NCBI GenBank assembly: GCA_026709065.1
Contig: JAPOTS010000035.1
Location: 16,033-80,032, forward strand
Length of the DNA stretch: 64,000 bases
Reading direction: 5' to 3'
Source of the DNA: Bacteroidota bacterium
Lineage (GTDB): Bacteria; Bacteroidota; Rhodothermia; Rhodothermales; Bin80
The translations under genes were made by a program, and so were the position numbers. Positions 1-11,570 of the stretch are shown here, piece after piece (within the stretch, counting starts at the first letter, position 1; the number at the start of each line of letters is the position of its first letter). The notes below the pieces were generated by a model. The model saw nothing but the letters and a program-made list of their open reading frames with translations. It made no database searches and had not been told where the DNA came from.

Positions 1-647
1 AGAATCTCTGAATACTGTATCCGATTCTCATCAGACATATCTTCACGGGAGTAGGGCTCAACGCCACCTTTATATGACCCCACTTTTAAGATCGTTGGAT
101 CAACGTTAAGCTTGTCAAACAAGCCTTTGTAAAAAGAAACTCCTAAATAAAACCCATTAAATTCAAAAAAAGCATTTGGTGCACTAAATATGCTATCAGC
201 AACAGATGCAAGAAAATAATCCGATTCTCGCATACTAAAATCACCAGCTGAGGAAGCGATGAGCGGTTTACCACTCATCTTGAAGTCTTCAAGAGATTCC
301 CTGATCTCCAGCAGTGTAGACCAGCCAGCAATTACTCCCTGTGGCTTCACCCATACGGCTTGAATACGATCGTCATTAGCCGCACTTTTTAACGCCGCCC
401 TAACACGATTCAAACCCTGAGGTTGTGGAATATCAAGCAGATCGTACAACGGATCGGTCGTTCCTTGTTCTTCAACAGGGCCCGTTAAACTCAACACTAA
501 GACTGATTCAGAGGAGATAGACGGTTCATTGATTGAAACGGATGAAGTCACAACGACGGTCATAATCATGATACCAACGAAGATCACCAGTCCAACGGCA
601 ATGAATGAACCAAGCACACTTGCAATAAGAGTAGAAAAGAAGCGCAT
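1..647 (-). CDS. sppA: signal peptide peptidase SppA (67K type), N-terminal part. The 3' end runs off the window start.
   Basis: Not in the ORF track because no stop lies in the window. My manual translation from ATG 647..645 gives MRFFSTLIASVLGSFIAVGLVIFVGIMIM (TM anchor), then ...VLSLTGPVEEQ...NRVRAALKSAANDDRIQAVWVKPQG...KGGVEPYSRE, which is typical of SppA. Confidence 0.7.
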   Translation of the reverse strand, partial: MRFFSTLIASVLGSFIAVGLVIFVGIMIMTVVVTSSVSINEPSISSESVLVLSLTGPVEEQGTTDPLYDLLDIPQPQGLNRVRAALKSAANDDRIQAVWVKPQGVIAGWSTLLEIRESLEDFKMSGKPLIASSAGDFSMRESDYFLASVADSIFSAPNAFFEFNGFYLGVSFYKGLFDKLNVDPTILKVGSYKGGVEPYSREDMSDENRIQYSEI

Positions 648-813
648 ATGATTAAATGAAGGTGGTATTTGAAAGTACGCACAACCCTAAACACTGTTGC
701 ATTCAACTGAAACCACACGCAAAGTTCAGGGTATTCTACGGACAATTTGGCAGTCTTATACGCTCTAAGGCACTCTTTTGCCCTACGGCAAGAAATTTGC
801 TCATTTATTTTCA

Positions 814-1905
814 ATGAAAGATGATAGGTTTACATATCAAAAAACAGCTTCTGAGTCGTTGACTGATCGTGAAAGTGCAATCCTCCGATTAGTGGTACGT
901 AATTTTATTCACACCGCTGGTGTCGTAGGATCACGCAAATTAGCCCAAAAATTCTCTCTTGGGCTGAGTGCTGCCACGGTTCGTAATACGCTGTCGGATT
1001 TAGAAGAACTTGGATATCTCAGGCACCTTCATCAGTCTGCAGGCCGGATGCCTACCGAACTCGGTTATCGGGCTTTTGTGAACGAGTTAATGGAAACCCC
1101 AGAGTTATCCACCATAGAGCGCCGCGTGCTAAAGGCCCGCTTGGATCGCCTCATCGGAGATGCGGATGCACTTTTTCGTGAAACATCTCGCTTGCTCGGA
1201 CGCATGTCTAATCTCCTCGGAGTCGTGCTGAGCCCTAAAATATCGACTGGAATCTTAGAGCGTTTAGATGTGGTTCAACTATCAGAGTTAAATATCATGA
1301 TTATCATTAGCGTGCGGAGCCGTCTAGTGAAAACAATCATTTATGAGACAAAATTAGATGTTAACAGGGAAGATCTTGATCGAATTGTGACAATTCTCAA
1401 TGAGAGACTCGCCGGGTTACGACTTGAGAAAATTCGCCAAGATTATGCTGCCAGAACTCAGGATATAGATGATGATCCCACAGGAATCGTCCAATTGATT
1501 CTTAATGAATCTGCCTCTGTTTTTGGTGACTCTGATGAAGGTAGGTTAACCCGTTCTGGAACTATCGGATTACTCGCACAACCAGAATTTCAAGGTACCG
1601 ATGAAGTTCGTCATCTCATTGACTTGATTGAGGATGAAGACTTTGTGGTTCAACTCTTTGAGAAATCTCCTGGTAGTCAACTAGATTCAAATCGCTGGGT
1701 CTCGGTAGGTATCGGAAGCGAAATTCAGGACGAATCGGTTCGCCCTTACTCTATTGTCACCGCAAAATACAATGTCGGTGATCATTCTGGTACTGTTGGG
1801 CTACTTGGTCCAATACGTATGGATTATAGTCGGGCTATTTCACTTGTTGATACAATGGCTTCTTTACTTAATCGCCCTACAATTACAGGTTCAATACATC
1901 ATTAA
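814..1905 (+). CDS. hrcA: heat-inducible transcription repressor HrcA
   Basis: N-terminal winged helix (RESAILRLVV...GSRKLAQKFSLGLSAATVRNTLSDLEELGYL) and length fit HrcA, and grpE-dnaJ follow directly. The track ORF starts at 778. ATG 814 (MKDDRF) is the more likely start. Confidence 0.88.
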   Translation: MKDDRFTYQKTASESLTDRESAILRLVVRNFIHTAGVVGSRKLAQKFSLGLSAATVRNTLSDLEELGYLRHLHQSAGRMPTELGYRAFVNELMETPELSTIERRVLKARLDRLIGDADALFRETSRLLGRMSNLLGVVLSPKISTGILERLDVVQLSELNIMIIISVRSRLVKTIIYETKLDVNREDLDRIVTILNERLAGLRLEKIRQDYAARTQDIDDDPTGIVQLILNESASVFGDSDEGRLTRSGTIGLLAQPEFQGTDEVRHLIDLIEDEDFVVQLFEKSPGSQLDSNRWVSVGIGSEIQDESVRPYSIVTAKYNVGDHSGTVGLLGPIRMDYSRAISLVDTMASLLNRPTITGSIHH

Positions 1906-1909
1906 ACGA

Positions 1910-2539
1910 ATGAAGAAGGAATTTACAGAGGAAAAAGATGAATCACTTGATCAATCTGCACACGAAGATGTGGTAGATGATGCCATTGATCATGATTCTG
2001 ATGCATCGGATGAGCAGTCTCAGGAAGAACAGATTGATCCCCTTCAGCAGTGTACAGATGAGTTAGCTGCCGAAAAAGATCAACGACTCAGAATTACTGC
2101 GGAATTTGCAAATTATCGGCGCCGAATGGAGAACCAACGAATTGAATGGTCTGTAAGAGCAAAATCGGGAGTCATTCGGACGCTGTTACCAATTATTGAT
2201 GATCTAGAAAGATCCTTAATCGCCGCAGATCAGTCTGATGCGTCAGACCAAGCGTTTGAATCATTAAAATCAGGTCTCACTTTAATCAATCAAAATTTTG
2301 TCTCTGAGCTTCAAAAATTAGGACTCAAACGGATTGATTCTGTTGGATCAAAATTTGATGAACACCTGCACGAAGCAGTTGGACAGACCCCAGCAATTGA
2401 AGATCAAGCCCCAGGATTAGTGGTTCACGAAAGTCAGGCAGGTTATCGCCTTGGAGATCAGGTACTCAGACATGCAAAAGTCATTGTTTCTGTTTCTAAT
2501 GATCAAGCACCACAAATGATTGAGGCGGAGCCATCATGA
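1910..2539 (+). CDS. grpE: nucleotide exchange factor GrpE
   Basis: Acidic N-terminus, a coiled coil and a GrpE C-terminal domain ([11 protein letters not shown]...). ATG 1910 lies 5 nt after the hrcA stop. The first 52 aa of the track ORF (from 1754) overlap hrcA and do not look like protein. Confidence 0.9.
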   Translation: MKKEFTEEKDESLDQSAHEDVVDDAIDHDSDASDEQSQEEQIDPLQQCTDELAAEKDQRLRITAEFANYRRRMENQRIEWSVRAKSGVIRTLLPIIDDLERSLIAADQSDASDQAFESLKSGLTLINQNFVSELQKLGLKRIDSVGSKFDEHLHEAVGQTPAIEDQAPGLVVHESQAGYRLGDQVLRHAKVIVSVSNDQAPQMIEAEPS

Positions 2540-3681
2540 GTAACTATTATGATATTCTCGGAGTCAGTCAAAGTGCATCATCCGAAGAGATCAAAAAAGC
2601 TTATCGTAAAAAAGCCTTAGAAAATCACCCTGACCGGAATCCAGATGACAAAGGTGCAGAAGCCCGATTTAAGGAAGCTGCAGTCGCGTACGAAGTATTA
2701 AGTGATCAAAAAAAGCGCGACATCTATGATCGCTATGGTGAGGCTGGTTTGAAAGGAGCTTCTGGAGGAGGTCGGCAACAAGGTTTCAATAATGTTAATG
2801 ATATATTTAGTACATTCGGCGATATTTTTGGGGGTGGTTTTGATGATTTTTTCTCGGGTGGTCGCCAGCAAACTCGTGAACGAGGTCAACGGGGTGCTAA
2901 TGTAGTTCATAGCTTGGATTTGACGCTTGAGGAAATTGCAGATGGAATTGAAAAGCGAGTTCATATTCGTCGATTGACCACCTGCGATACATGTGAAGGG
3001 ACAGGTGCTAAAGGAGGATCTAAGAACTTAAAGCAGTGCTCAGATTGCAATGGCTCAGGTGAAGAACGAATGGTTCGTAACACACCTCTCGGGCAAATGG
3101 TCAGTGTTTCTGTATGTAGACGATGTCAAGGGCAGGGGATGATTATTGAAGAACAATGTCCAGAATGCAGAGGGCAGGGTAGGCTTGATGGGGAATCGTC
3201 AATCAAGATCAAGGTACCTGCAGGGGTTGAAGACGGAATGGTTGTGAACCTTCGTGGTCAGGGGCATGCGGGCGCACGCGGAGGGCGATCTGGAGATTTA
3301 CACATTGAGATTCGTGAAAAAGCACACGAGCATTTTATCCGCAATGGAAGCGATCTGATTTATAATTTGGAGATTTCATTTCCCGATGCAGCCCTAGGAT
3401 CCGAAATTGAAGTCCCCACTCTGGGCGGACGTGCTATTGTCAAGATTGATCCTGGAACCCAATCTGACAAAGTGCTGCGCATGAAAGGCAAAGGACTAGG
3501 TGAACTCAGAACATCAAGAAAAGGTGACCAACTCATCCGAATCCATATTTGGACACCAGATACTCTGACGGATACCGATAAAAAACTGTTAGAGCAATTA
3601 AAAGAATCTCCCACGTTCACCCCGAAAGAGTCTGATTCAAAAAAATCATTCTTTTCTAAGGTTAAAGGTGCATTTGGATGA
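2536..3681 (+). CDS. dnaJ: molecular chaperone DnaJ
   Basis: J domain with an HPD motif ([10 protein letters not shown]), a G/F-rich linker and four CxxCxGxG zinc-finger repeats. It has an ATGA overlap with grpE. Confidence 0.95.
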   Translation: MSNYYDILGVSQSASSEEIKKAYRKKALENHPDRNPDDKGAEARFKEAAVAYEVLSDQKKRDIYDRYGEAGLKGASGGGRQQGFNNVNDIFSTFGDIFGGGFDDFFSGGRQQTRERGQRGANVVHSLDLTLEEIADGIEKRVHIRRLTTCDTCEGTGAKGGSKNLKQCSDCNGSGEERMVRNTPLGQMVSVSVCRRCQGQGMIIEEQCPECRGQGRLDGESSIKIKVPAGVEDGMVVNLRGQGHAGARGGRSGDLHIEIREKAHEHFIRNGSDLIYNLEISFPDAALGSEIEVPTLGGRAIVKIDPGTQSDKVLRMKGKGLGELRTSRKGDQLIRIHIWTPDTLTDTDKKLLEQLKESPTFTPKESDSKKSFFSKVKGAFG

Positions 3682-3729
3682 TTTACTCCAACTCACTCTA
3701 AGTGTATCTTTAGCGAGGATGTGATCATC

Positions 3730-6324
3730 ATGGCAAAATACCCATTTCGGGAATTAGAAAATAAGTGGCAAGCCTATTGGCAGTCAAATAAAACCTTCAA
3801 AACCCCAACCAAGGTTGACACGACCAAACCCAAGTACTATGTCTTAGATATGTTTCCCTATCCTAGTGGAGCTGGCCTACATGTAGGTCATCCAGAGGGA
3901 TATACAGCAACAGATATAGTCGCTCGTTACAAACGGATGTGTGGATATAATGTCCTGCACCCGATCGGATGGGATGCTTTCGGACTTCCTGCAGAGCAGT
4001 ATGCACTACGTACCGGAACTCATCCTCGTATTACAACCGAGGCTAACATTAATCGATTTCGGAAACAGCTTCAGTCTCTTGGATTGTCTTATGATTGGGA
4101 CAGAGAGATTGATACCACCGATCCTGAATATTATAAATGGACACAATGGATCTTTCTCCAATTACTTGAACGGGGACTCGCCTATGAAGCGAAGGTCCCT
4201 GTTTGGTGGTGCGAAGCGCTTGGGACTACACTCTCCAATGAAGAGGTCGTAGATGGGAAAAGCGATATTGGAGGGCATCCTTGTGAAAGACGAATGCTCA
4301 GACAATGGGTTTTACGAATTACTGAATATGCTGAACGGTTACTCAAAGGGCTTGAGCATACAGACTGGCCTCAGAGTACCAAAGAAATGCAGCGCAATTG
4401 GATTGGTCGTAGCGAAGGAGCCGAGATAGATTTTAAAGTCCAAGGGGGGGACTCATCTGTAATACGAGTGTACACAACACGCCCAGATACGATGTTCGGT
4501 GCAACCTATATGGTGTTAGCTCCTGAGCATCCATTAGTTGATCATATATCAACCAAAGCGCAACGTAACGAAGTTTCTCATTACATAGAACTTGCATCAC
4601 GTAAAAGCGATATTGAGCGTACTGAATTACAGAAAGAAAAAACTGGGGTTTTCACGGGAGGTTACGCACTCAATCCAGTGTCCCAAGAAGCGATTCCTAT
4701 TTGGATTGCTGATTATGTCTTATCCTCGTACGGAACGGGAGCAATCATGGCAGTTCCAGGAGAAGATGAGAGAGACTGGGCATTTGCAGCCAAGTATGAC
4801 CTTCCGATAGTTCGCACTGTCCAACCCCCCTCGGACTTCACTGGGTTAGCCTACACCGGAGATGGCCCCGCCATTAATAGCGCGTTTCTGAATGGATTAT
4901 ATATTCAAGAGGCCAAAGAACGTATCATTGATTACTTGGAGTCTGAAGGTCTAGGAACTCGTAAGGTCAACTATAAATTACGTGACTGGCTGTTTTCTCG
5001 CCAGAGGTATTGGGGTGAGCCGATTCCCGTTGTTTTTGAGGGAGATCAAGTGTCATCACTCCCAGAAAACGCTCTTCCACTTACATTGCCTGAGCTTGAA
5101 GAATTCAAGCCAAGTGGTACACCTGAGGGGCCATTGGCGCTTGCACAAAACTGGTTGCAGACCATCAATCCCAGTTCTGGTAATATAGCTAAACGTGAAA
5201 CCAATACCATGCCCCAGTGGGCTGGTTCTTGTTGGTATTTTCTGCGCTATATAGATCCAAAGAATTCAATGCAGATCGTTGATCCAAAACTTGAGAAGTA
5301 CTGGATGCCCGTTGACCTATATATTGGAGGCGCAGAACATGCCGTTCTGCATCTTCTATACGCACGCTTCTGGCATATGGTGCTCTATGATGCAGGGGTG
5401 GTTTCGACCCCTGAACCCTTTTCAAAGCTCGTTCACCAGGGAATGATTCTTGGCGAGCTAGAATACACGGCATGGAAGAATATTGAGTCTGGTCAGTGGG
5501 TTACCTCACCACAAGTGAGTGGAGGAAAGGATGTCCATACAGGGGCACATCTTGAGGCGGTCCGCATTGATGAGGAGCGTGTGACCAAAGACGGAGACAA
5601 ATTCTTCTTGAAAGAGAAGCCTCAGATTCAATTAGATGTCAGAGCACACAAGATGAGTAAAAGCAGAGGTAATGTGATTAACCCTGATGAAATCATCTCT
5701 CAATTTGGAGCAGACGCGTTTAGATTGTATGAAATGTTTATGGGCCCCCTTGAACAAGTCAAGCCGTGGAATACTCGTGGAGTTCATGGGACATTTCGAT
5801 TTCTTACTCGGGTATGGAGATTGATCACTGAACGTCCAGTCCATGATATTAAGCCAGAGCGTGAACAATTAAGGCTACTACACCAGACCATTGATCGTGT
5901 TACAAGTGATATTGAAGGTCTGCGAATGAATACAGCAATTGCTGCATTGATGGAATTCGTCAATGCAGCTTTCAAATGGAAGCAGATCCCCCAAGAGATC
6001 GCCGAGTATTTTGTTTTATTATTGTCCCCGTTTGCACCTCATATTTCGGAAGAACTTTGGCAATATCTTGGACATCAAGAATCATTGGCTTATGAATCTT
6101 GGCCTGAGTTGGACAAACAATATCTTACCGAAGACATGATTGATTTGCCAGTACAGGTCAATGGGAAGCTCCGAGCTACGATCCGTATTCCAGTTGAAAT
6201 TGATAAACAACAGGTTGTAGAACGTGCAATGCTTGAGACTAATGTCCTAAAATTTGTAGCGAATAAACCTGTCAATAAAGAAATTTACGTTCCAGGTCGC
6301 ATTCTGAATATAGTCGTTGGATAG
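3730..6324 (+). CDS. leuS: leucine--tRNA ligase
   Basis: Class I signatures HVGHPEGY and HKMSKSRGN, with LeuS-like length. The track starts at GTG 3721; ATG 3730 (MAKYPF) is preferred. Confidence 0.95.
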   Translation: MAKYPFRELENKWQAYWQSNKTFKTPTKVDTTKPKYYVLDMFPYPSGAGLHVGHPEGYTATDIVARYKRMCGYNVLHPIGWDAFGLPAEQYALRTGTHPRITTEANINRFRKQLQSLGLSYDWDREIDTTDPEYYKWTQWIFLQLLERGLAYEAKVPVWWCEALGTTLSNEEVVDGKSDIGGHPCERRMLRQWVLRITEYAERLLKGLEHTDWPQSTKEMQRNWIGRSEGAEIDFKVQGGDSSVIRVYTTRPDTMFGATYMVLAPEHPLVDHISTKAQRNEVSHYIELASRKSDIERTELQKEKTGVFTGGYALNPVSQEAIPIWIADYVLSSYGTGAIMAVPGEDERDWAFAAKYDLPIVRTVQPPSDFTGLAYTGDGPAINSAFLNGLYIQEAKERIIDYLESEGLGTRKVNYKLRDWLFSRQRYWGEPIPVVFEGDQVSSLPENALPLTLPELEEFKPSGTPEGPLALAQNWLQTINPSSGNIAKRETNTMPQWAGSCWYFLRYIDPKNSMQIVDPKLEKYWMPVDLYIGGAEHAVLHLLYARFWHMVLYDAGVVSTPEPFSKLVHQGMILGELEYTAWKNIESGQWVTSPQVSGGKDVHTGAHLEAVRIDEERVTKDGDKFFLKEKPQIQLDVRAHKMSKSRGNVINPDEIISQFGADAFRLYEMFMGPLEQVKPWNTRGVHGTFRFLTRVWRLITERPVHDIKPEREQLRLLHQTIDRVTSDIEGLRMNTAIAALMEFVNAAFKWKQIPQEIAEYFVLLLSPFAPHISEELWQYLGHQESLAYESWPELDKQYLTEDMIDLPVQVNGKLRATIRIPVEIDKQQVVERAMLETNVLKFVANKPVNKEIYVPGRILNIVVG

Positions 6325-6326
6325 GC

Positions 6327-7067
6327 ATGTCAAATCACTTAGACATTTTAGCAATTGGTGCACATCCAGACGATATTGAATTAACGATTGGGGGAACACT
6401 CATAAGATCTGTAATGCAGGGGCTCCGTGTAGGAGTATTAGATTTGACCAAAGGAGAATTGGGTACCAGAGGAACCGTTCAGATTAGAGCTCAAGAAGCA
6501 GCTAACGCATCAGAGATCATCGGACTTTCTATTCGGGAGAATCTTGGTTTACCTGATGGAAATATTACCTCCGATGGGTTGATTGCTCTCATCAAAATAT
6601 TACGTCAGTGGAGGCCTCAAATTGTGATGACACATCCAAATGAATGCCGTCACCCTGATCATACTGCCGCACATCATCTTGTTCGGAATGCATGTTTTTA
6701 TTCTGGATTAAATAAGATAGAATCAAGTGATGACTATCTCTCATGGCGGCCAAAACATTTGCTATATTTTGCCGAGGTTCAATTATTTACGCCTTCATTT
6801 GTCGTGGATGTGACGCAAGAATGGGAGGATAGAACCAAAGCATTAAAATGCTATGAGTCTCAAATTCATAGTCCAGAGTATAAGAGAGAAAAGTCTGAGC
6901 CAGAAACCTATATATCTAATTATAGCTTTTTTGAATGGGTAGAAGCGCGTGCCAGAACATACGGACAACTGATTGGCACTACATATGGAGAACCCTTTCA
7001 GTATCATGGAACGCTTGGAGTTTCAGAACTTGACAAATTTTTGCACATGGAGGCACCTTTTCGGTAG
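6327..7067 (+). CDS. bshB1: PIG-L/LmbE family deacetylase, bacillithiol biosynthesis deacetylase BshB1-like
   Basis: LDILAIGAHPDDIELTIGGT...DLTKGELGTRG...HPDH motifs of the LmbE zinc deacetylase fold. The layout strongly resembles BshB1. Confidence 0.8.
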   Translation: MSNHLDILAIGAHPDDIELTIGGTLIRSVMQGLRVGVLDLTKGELGTRGTVQIRAQEAANASEIIGLSIRENLGLPDGNITSDGLIALIKILRQWRPQIVMTHPNECRHPDHTAAHHLVRNACFYSGLNKIESSDDYLSWRPKHLLYFAEVQLFTPSFVVDVTQEWEDRTKALKCYESQIHSPEYKREKSEPETYISNYSFFEWVEARARTYGQLIGTTYGEPFQYHGTLGVSELDKFLHMEAPFR

Positions 7068-7121
7068 ATAATTCGTAATTTTCATGATACGCCCCGCTAG
7101 TAGGTGTTTTAACTTTTGAAT

Positions 7122-7688
7122 ATGGCAGATACGACTGATTTCAGGAATGGCTATACCATGCAGATTGATGGTGAACTATGGCAGATCATTAAATTTCAGC
7201 ATGTCAAGCCCGGTAAAGGCGGTGCCTTCGTTCGTACATCATTGAAAAATATCCGAACGGGGCGTGTGGTAGACAAAACCTTTCGGTCTGGAGAAAAGGT
7301 GCAGGGAGCAAGAATTGAACGAAGAGAACACCAGTTTCTTTACGAAGATTCCTTAGGTATGCATTTTATGAATTTAGAAAATTATGAGCAATTTTCTCTC
7401 CCTTCCAATCAAGTTGAAAAACGGGAATTTCTCAAAGAGGGAGGGGCCATTGATATCCTGTTTCATGCTGAAACAGAAGAGCCCCTCATTGCTGAAATCC
7501 CTAAAAGTGTAGAATTACTTGTCACTCAGTCAGATCCGGGAATTCGCGGTGATACTGCCACGGGTGCAACAAAGCCAGCAAAACTTGAGAGTGGAGCGAC
7601 GATCAATGTGCCGTTGTTTATTTCAGAAGGTGATCTCGTACGGGTAAATACCGACAATGGAGATTATATTACCAGAGTGACTGGCTAA
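7122..7688 (+). CDS. efp: elongation factor P
   Basis: KPGKGGAFVRT loop and a 188 aa length. It precedes accB-accC, which is a common arrangement. Confidence 0.95.
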   Translation: MADTTDFRNGYTMQIDGELWQIIKFQHVKPGKGGAFVRTSLKNIRTGRVVDKTFRSGEKVQGARIERREHQFLYEDSLGMHFMNLENYEQFSLPSNQVEKREFLKEGGAIDILFHAETEEPLIAEIPKSVELLVTQSDPGIRGDTATGATKPAKLESGATINVPLFISEGDLVRVNTDNGDYITRVTG

Positions 7689-7717
7689 CTATTTAGATTA
7701 ACAAGATTCTTAATTCA

Positions 7718-8236
7718 GTGACTAAACTATTTTCAAAAAATTGGTCTGAGAAAGATTTTGAACGCATCCAGAAGTTAATTTCCATGGCATCTGATGGAGA
7801 CGCTGCCGAGGTCGAAATTGAAGCAGATGGAGTACGTGTGGTTGTGCGTAAACACCCTTCTCCCACTACGCATATCGGTTCAGAGGCTACTGTTTCAATG
7901 GTGCCACAACCAGTTGTAGATTCCATAGCTCCTGCTGAATCTCTCCCAACTGAGGCTTCTAATGCAGTGACGGACTCAGTTAATCAGCATTCTAAAGGAA
8001 TCCCAATTTTATCGCCCACTCCGGGCACATTCTACGCAAAACCTGCACCCGATGCAGATGCCTTTGTTCAGGTAGGAGATTACATCACTAAAGGCCAAAC
8101 TGTCTGCATTATTGAGGCAATGAAGCTTATGAACGAAGTTGAAGCAGATCGTTCAGGAACGGTTCTTGAGATCCTTGTCAATGATGGGGACGCAGTTGAA
8201 TATGATCAGCCACTGCTTCTGATTGAAGCTTCTTAG
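7718..8236 (+). CDS. accB: acetyl-CoA carboxylase biotin carboxyl carrier protein
   Basis: C-terminal biotinyl domain with an EAMKLMNE motif and a Pro/Ala-rich linker. GTG start. Confidence 0.9.
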   Translation: MTKLFSKNWSEKDFERIQKLISMASDGDAAEVEIEADGVRVVVRKHPSPTTHIGSEATVSMVPQPVVDSIAPAESLPTEASNAVTDSVNQHSKGIPILSPTPGTFYAKPAPDADAFVQVGDYITKGQTVCIIEAMKLMNEVEADRSGTVLEILVNDGDAVEYDQPLLLIEAS

Positions 8237-8242
8237 ATCTCC

Positions 8243-9592
8243 ATGAACAAAATTCTGATTGCGAATCGGGGGGAAATTGCTTTAAGAGTGATTCGTGCCT
8301 GTAAAGAATTAGGGATTCAAACTGTTGCGGTTTATTCTACTGCAGACAGTAATGCTTTACATGTTCGTTACGCTGACGAAGCAGTCTGTATCGGACCAGC
8401 CTTATCATCCGAAAGTTATTTGAAGCCGGATCGAATCATGGCCGCAGCTGAGATCACCGGCGCTGATGCCATCCATCCGGGATATGGTTTCCTCTCTGAA
8501 AATGCGGTCTTTAGTGCGATTTGTGGAGATAATGGAATAAAATTTATCGGGCCAGCACCTAAAACAATTGCAATGATGGGCGATAAGAGTCAAGCCAAAG
8601 ATCAGATGCGTGCGGCTGGCGTTCCAGTCATTCCAGGCTCTGATGGAATTGTTGAATCCATTGAAGATGGTCAACGGATTGCCGAATCTATTGGCTTTCC
8701 AGTAATGATCAAGGCTAGTGCAGGTGGGGGAGGGAAAGGCATGAGGGCTGTGATGGAAGCAAAAGATTTTGAACTTCAGTTTCAATCAGCCCAGGCTGAG
8801 GCAGAGTCATCATTTGGGAATTCCGATATCTACATTGAAAAGCTTATCCAAAAACCTCGCCACATTGAAATTCAGGTGATGGGAGATGGGCAGGGGACAA
8901 CATTGCATTACGGGGAGCGAGAATGCTCTATACAGAGGCGACATCAAAAATTATTGGAAGAAGCCCCATCGCTTGCCGTAAACGAAGATTTGCGTCAACG
9001 CATGGGATCTGCCGCAATTAGTGGAGCATCTGCGGTGAATTATGAGGGAGCAGGCACCATTGAATTTTTGCTTGATTCATCTGGAGAGTTCTATTTCATG
9101 GAAATGAACACTCGCATTCAGGTTGAACATCCAGTTACCGAGGAGATCACTGGATTAGATTTAATCCGTCAGCAGATCCTAATTGCGATGGGGGAGCGAC
9201 TCACTAAGTCAGACATTCCGATTAATGGTCATTCAATTGAGTGTCGAATTAATGCCGAAGATCCGTCCAAAAACTTTCTCCCTTCTCCGGGTATAATCAA
9301 AAATTTTCATCCACCAAATGGCCCTGGCATCCGAACCGATACTCATGTATATGCAGGTTACACGATTCCACCTCATTATGACTCAATGATCGCAAAGCTG
9401 ATCGTACATGCTCCCAATCGTGAATGGGCGATCCTTCGAATGCAACGTGCCTTAGATGAATTCGTACTGGAAGGGATTGCTACAACAATTCCGTTCCACC
9501 AAGAGTTATTGCAACATCCAGCGTTTATTTCTGGTGAGATAGAGACTCACTTCGTTGAGAATACAATGTTACCACAGCAGGTATCAAATTAA
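8243..9592 (+). CDS. accC: acetyl-CoA carboxylase biotin carboxylase subunit
   Basis: ATP-grasp motifs ([26 protein letters not shown]) and a 449 aa length. Confidence 0.95.
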   Translation: MNKILIANRGEIALRVIRACKELGIQTVAVYSTADSNALHVRYADEAVCIGPALSSESYLKPDRIMAAAEITGADAIHPGYGFLSENAVFSAICGDNGIKFIGPAPKTIAMMGDKSQAKDQMRAAGVPVIPGSDGIVESIEDGQRIAESIGFPVMIKASAGGGGKGMRAVMEAKDFELQFQSAQAEAESSFGNSDIYIEKLIQKPRHIEIQVMGDGQGTTLHYGERECSIQRRHQKLLEEAPSLAVNEDLRQRMGSAAISGASAVNYEGAGTIEFLLDSSGEFYFMEMNTRIQVEHPVTEEITGLDLIRQQILIAMGERLTKSDIPINGHSIECRINAEDPSKNFLPSPGIIKNFHPPNGPGIRTDTHVYAGYTIPPHYDSMIAKLIVHAPNREWAILRMQRALDEFVLEGIATTIPFHQELLQHPAFISGEIETHFVENTMLPQQVSN

Positions 9593-9603
9593 CTATATGA
9601 TCC

Positions 9604-9987
9604 ATGAAAATACCATCAAACTTAAAATACACTGGAGATCATGAATGGGTTCAAGTCCATGATGATGGTGTAACAGCGAAGATTGGAATCACTGACTTTG
9701 CTCAGAGTGAGCTAGGAGATATTGTTTTTGTAGAACTTGAACCTGAGGGGCAATCTTTTGAGATAGGTGAAGTATTTGGTTCAGTGGAGGCAGTTAAAGC
9801 AGTTTCTGAACTCTTTTTGCCTGTTACCGCTACAATTACACGCCATAATCCAGGCTTAGAAGCGGAGCCTGAAATGGTCAATAATGATCCTTATGGTGAT
9901 GGTTGGATGATTGAAATATCTCTTTCTGACCCATCTGAGATAGATAACCTTCTATCGGCAGACGACTATGCAAATCATGTGAAGTAG
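9604..9987 (+). CDS. gcvH: glycine cleavage system protein H
   Basis: Lipoyl-lysine motif VEAVKAVSE and a YTGDHEWV N-terminus, 127 aa. Confidence 0.9.
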   Translation: MKIPSNLKYTGDHEWVQVHDDGVTAKIGITDFAQSELGDIVFVELEPEGQSFEIGEVFGSVEAVKAVSELFLPVTATITRHNPGLEAEPEMVNNDPYGDGWMIEISLSDPSEIDNLLSADDYANHVK

Positions 9988-10000
9988 TGATCTTTCTGCA

Positions 10001-11563
10001 ATGGGAGAGCGAATTATTGTACTTGATTTTGGGGCACAGTACACACAACTGATTGCCCGACGAATTCGCGAGGCTGGTGTATTCTCAGAAATTCTTCCCT
10101 GCACAGCATCGATCAGCGACCTAAGTTCAGCAAATGGAATTGTTCTATCAGGTGGACCTAACTCTGTTTATGAGGAGAGATCCCCTCAACTTGATCCAGA
10201 CCTCCTTGAGCTCCGAAGGAAGGACGGTTCTCAGATGCCATTACTTGGCATCTGTTATGGGTTTCAGGCCTTAGTTCATTGCACGGGCGGTAAAGTATCT
10301 GCTGCTGATCATCGGGAATTTGGGCGTGCTCGTATCAATATCATCCTTGCCAATGACTTATTCTCAGGGGTGACAAATGGATCACAAGTATGGATGAGCC
10401 ACGGAGATCTGCCTGTAGAAATCCCTGATGGCTATGAAATTATTGCCGACACACCAAGCGCCCCGATCGCTGCGCTAAGGCATATCAAATTACCACACTA
10501 TGGAGTTCAATTTCACCCGGAAGTGGTACATACTGAACATGGTTCTACTATTTTTGATAATTTTGTCCACACCATTTGCGGTTGTCAAGGGCAATGGTCA
10601 TCTGCTTCATTTCTTGAACAGAAGACCTCTGAAATTCGCAGTATCGTCGGCAATGATCATGTGATTCTTGGGTTGTCCGGTGGAGTTGATTCTAGTGTTG
10701 CTGCCCGATTATTGGATCAAGCCATCGGAGATCAATTAACCTGTATTTTCGTCAATAATGGGCTGCTCAGACATGGTGAATGGGAACAGGTTCAAAAAAT
10801 GTTTCGTGATCATTTTCAAATCCGAGTGGAAGCCGTCGATGCAAGTGAACGTTTTCTCAATAATTTGAAGGGAATCATTGATCCAGAGCAAAAACGAGTG
10901 ATCATAGGAAATACATTTGTGAAGGTGTTTGAGGAGGCCATTTCATCTATTTCATTTGGGTTGGGTCAAAAGCCAAAATTTCTTGCACAAGGAACCCTTT
11001 ATCCAGATGTCATTGAGAGTGTCTCGTTTAAGGGGCCCAGCGTAACGATCAAAACCCATCATAATGTTGGTGGATTACCTGATAACCATCCTTTTGAAAT
11101 TCTAGAGCCATTTCGTGAACTCTTTAAAGACGAAGTGAGAGAGATTGGTCAGTTGTTAGAATTACCCCCAATGATGATTGGCCGACATCCATTTCCAGGC
11201 CCTGGGCTTGCAGTTCGTATTTTGGGAGCTGTATGCGATGATACTTTACACTTGCTTAGGCAGGCCGACCGTATCTTCATTGAAGAGTTACATTCTCATC
11301 AGCTTTATGACAAGGTATGGCAGGCCTTTGCGGTCTTACTTCCTGTCCAGACGGTTGGTGTCATGGGCGATGAACGAACTTATGAACAGGTTTGTGTACT
11401 TAGAGCTGTGACAAGTCAGGATGGGATGACTGCAGATTGGGCAAAACTTCCTGATGACTTTTTAGGATATGTATCTAATCGAATCGTCAATGAGGTGAAA
11501 GGGATCAATCGTGTGGCTTATGATATTAGCTCAAAACCACCTGCTACAATTGAATGGGAATAA
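10001..11563 (+). CDS. guaA: glutamine-hydrolyzing GMP synthase
   Basis: GATase1 (GICYGFQ), PP-loop SGGVDSSV and the C-terminal ...KPPATIEWE. Confidence 0.95.
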   Translation: MGERIIVLDFGAQYTQLIARRIREAGVFSEILPCTASISDLSSANGIVLSGGPNSVYEERSPQLDPDLLELRRKDGSQMPLLGICYGFQALVHCTGGKVSAADHREFGRARINIILANDLFSGVTNGSQVWMSHGDLPVEIPDGYEIIADTPSAPIAALRHIKLPHYGVQFHPEVVHTEHGSTIFDNFVHTICGCQGQWSSASFLEQKTSEIRSIVGNDHVILGLSGGVDSSVAARLLDQAIGDQLTCIFVNNGLLRHGEWEQVQKMFRDHFQIRVEAVDASERFLNNLKGIIDPEQKRVIIGNTFVKVFEEAISSISFGLGQKPKFLAQGTLYPDVIESVSFKGPSVTIKTHHNVGGLPDNHPFEILEPFRELFKDEVREIGQLLELPPMMIGRHPFPGPGLAVRILGAVCDDTLHLLRQADRIFIEELHSHQLYDKVWQAFAVLLPVQTVGVMGDERTYEQVCVLRAVTSQDGMTADWAKLPDDFLGYVSNRIVNEVKGINRVAYDISSKPPATIEWE

Positions 11564-11570
11564 ATTGATA

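Noticed and set aside
765-775. ctaaggcactc upstream of hrcA, which resembles one CIRCE half-site (TTAGCACTC).
   Set aside because: There is no GAGTGCTAA partner 9 nt away, and the half-site itself needs an indel. I do not call it an HrcA operator. I found no clear CIRCE anywhere in 648-813.
584-814. 76 aa minus-strand track ORF spanning the sppA start and the hrcA upstream region.
   Set aside because: It is out of frame with the convincing SppA N-terminus that starts at 647 and has an odd Cys/Leu-rich composition. It looks like a spurious overlap ORF.
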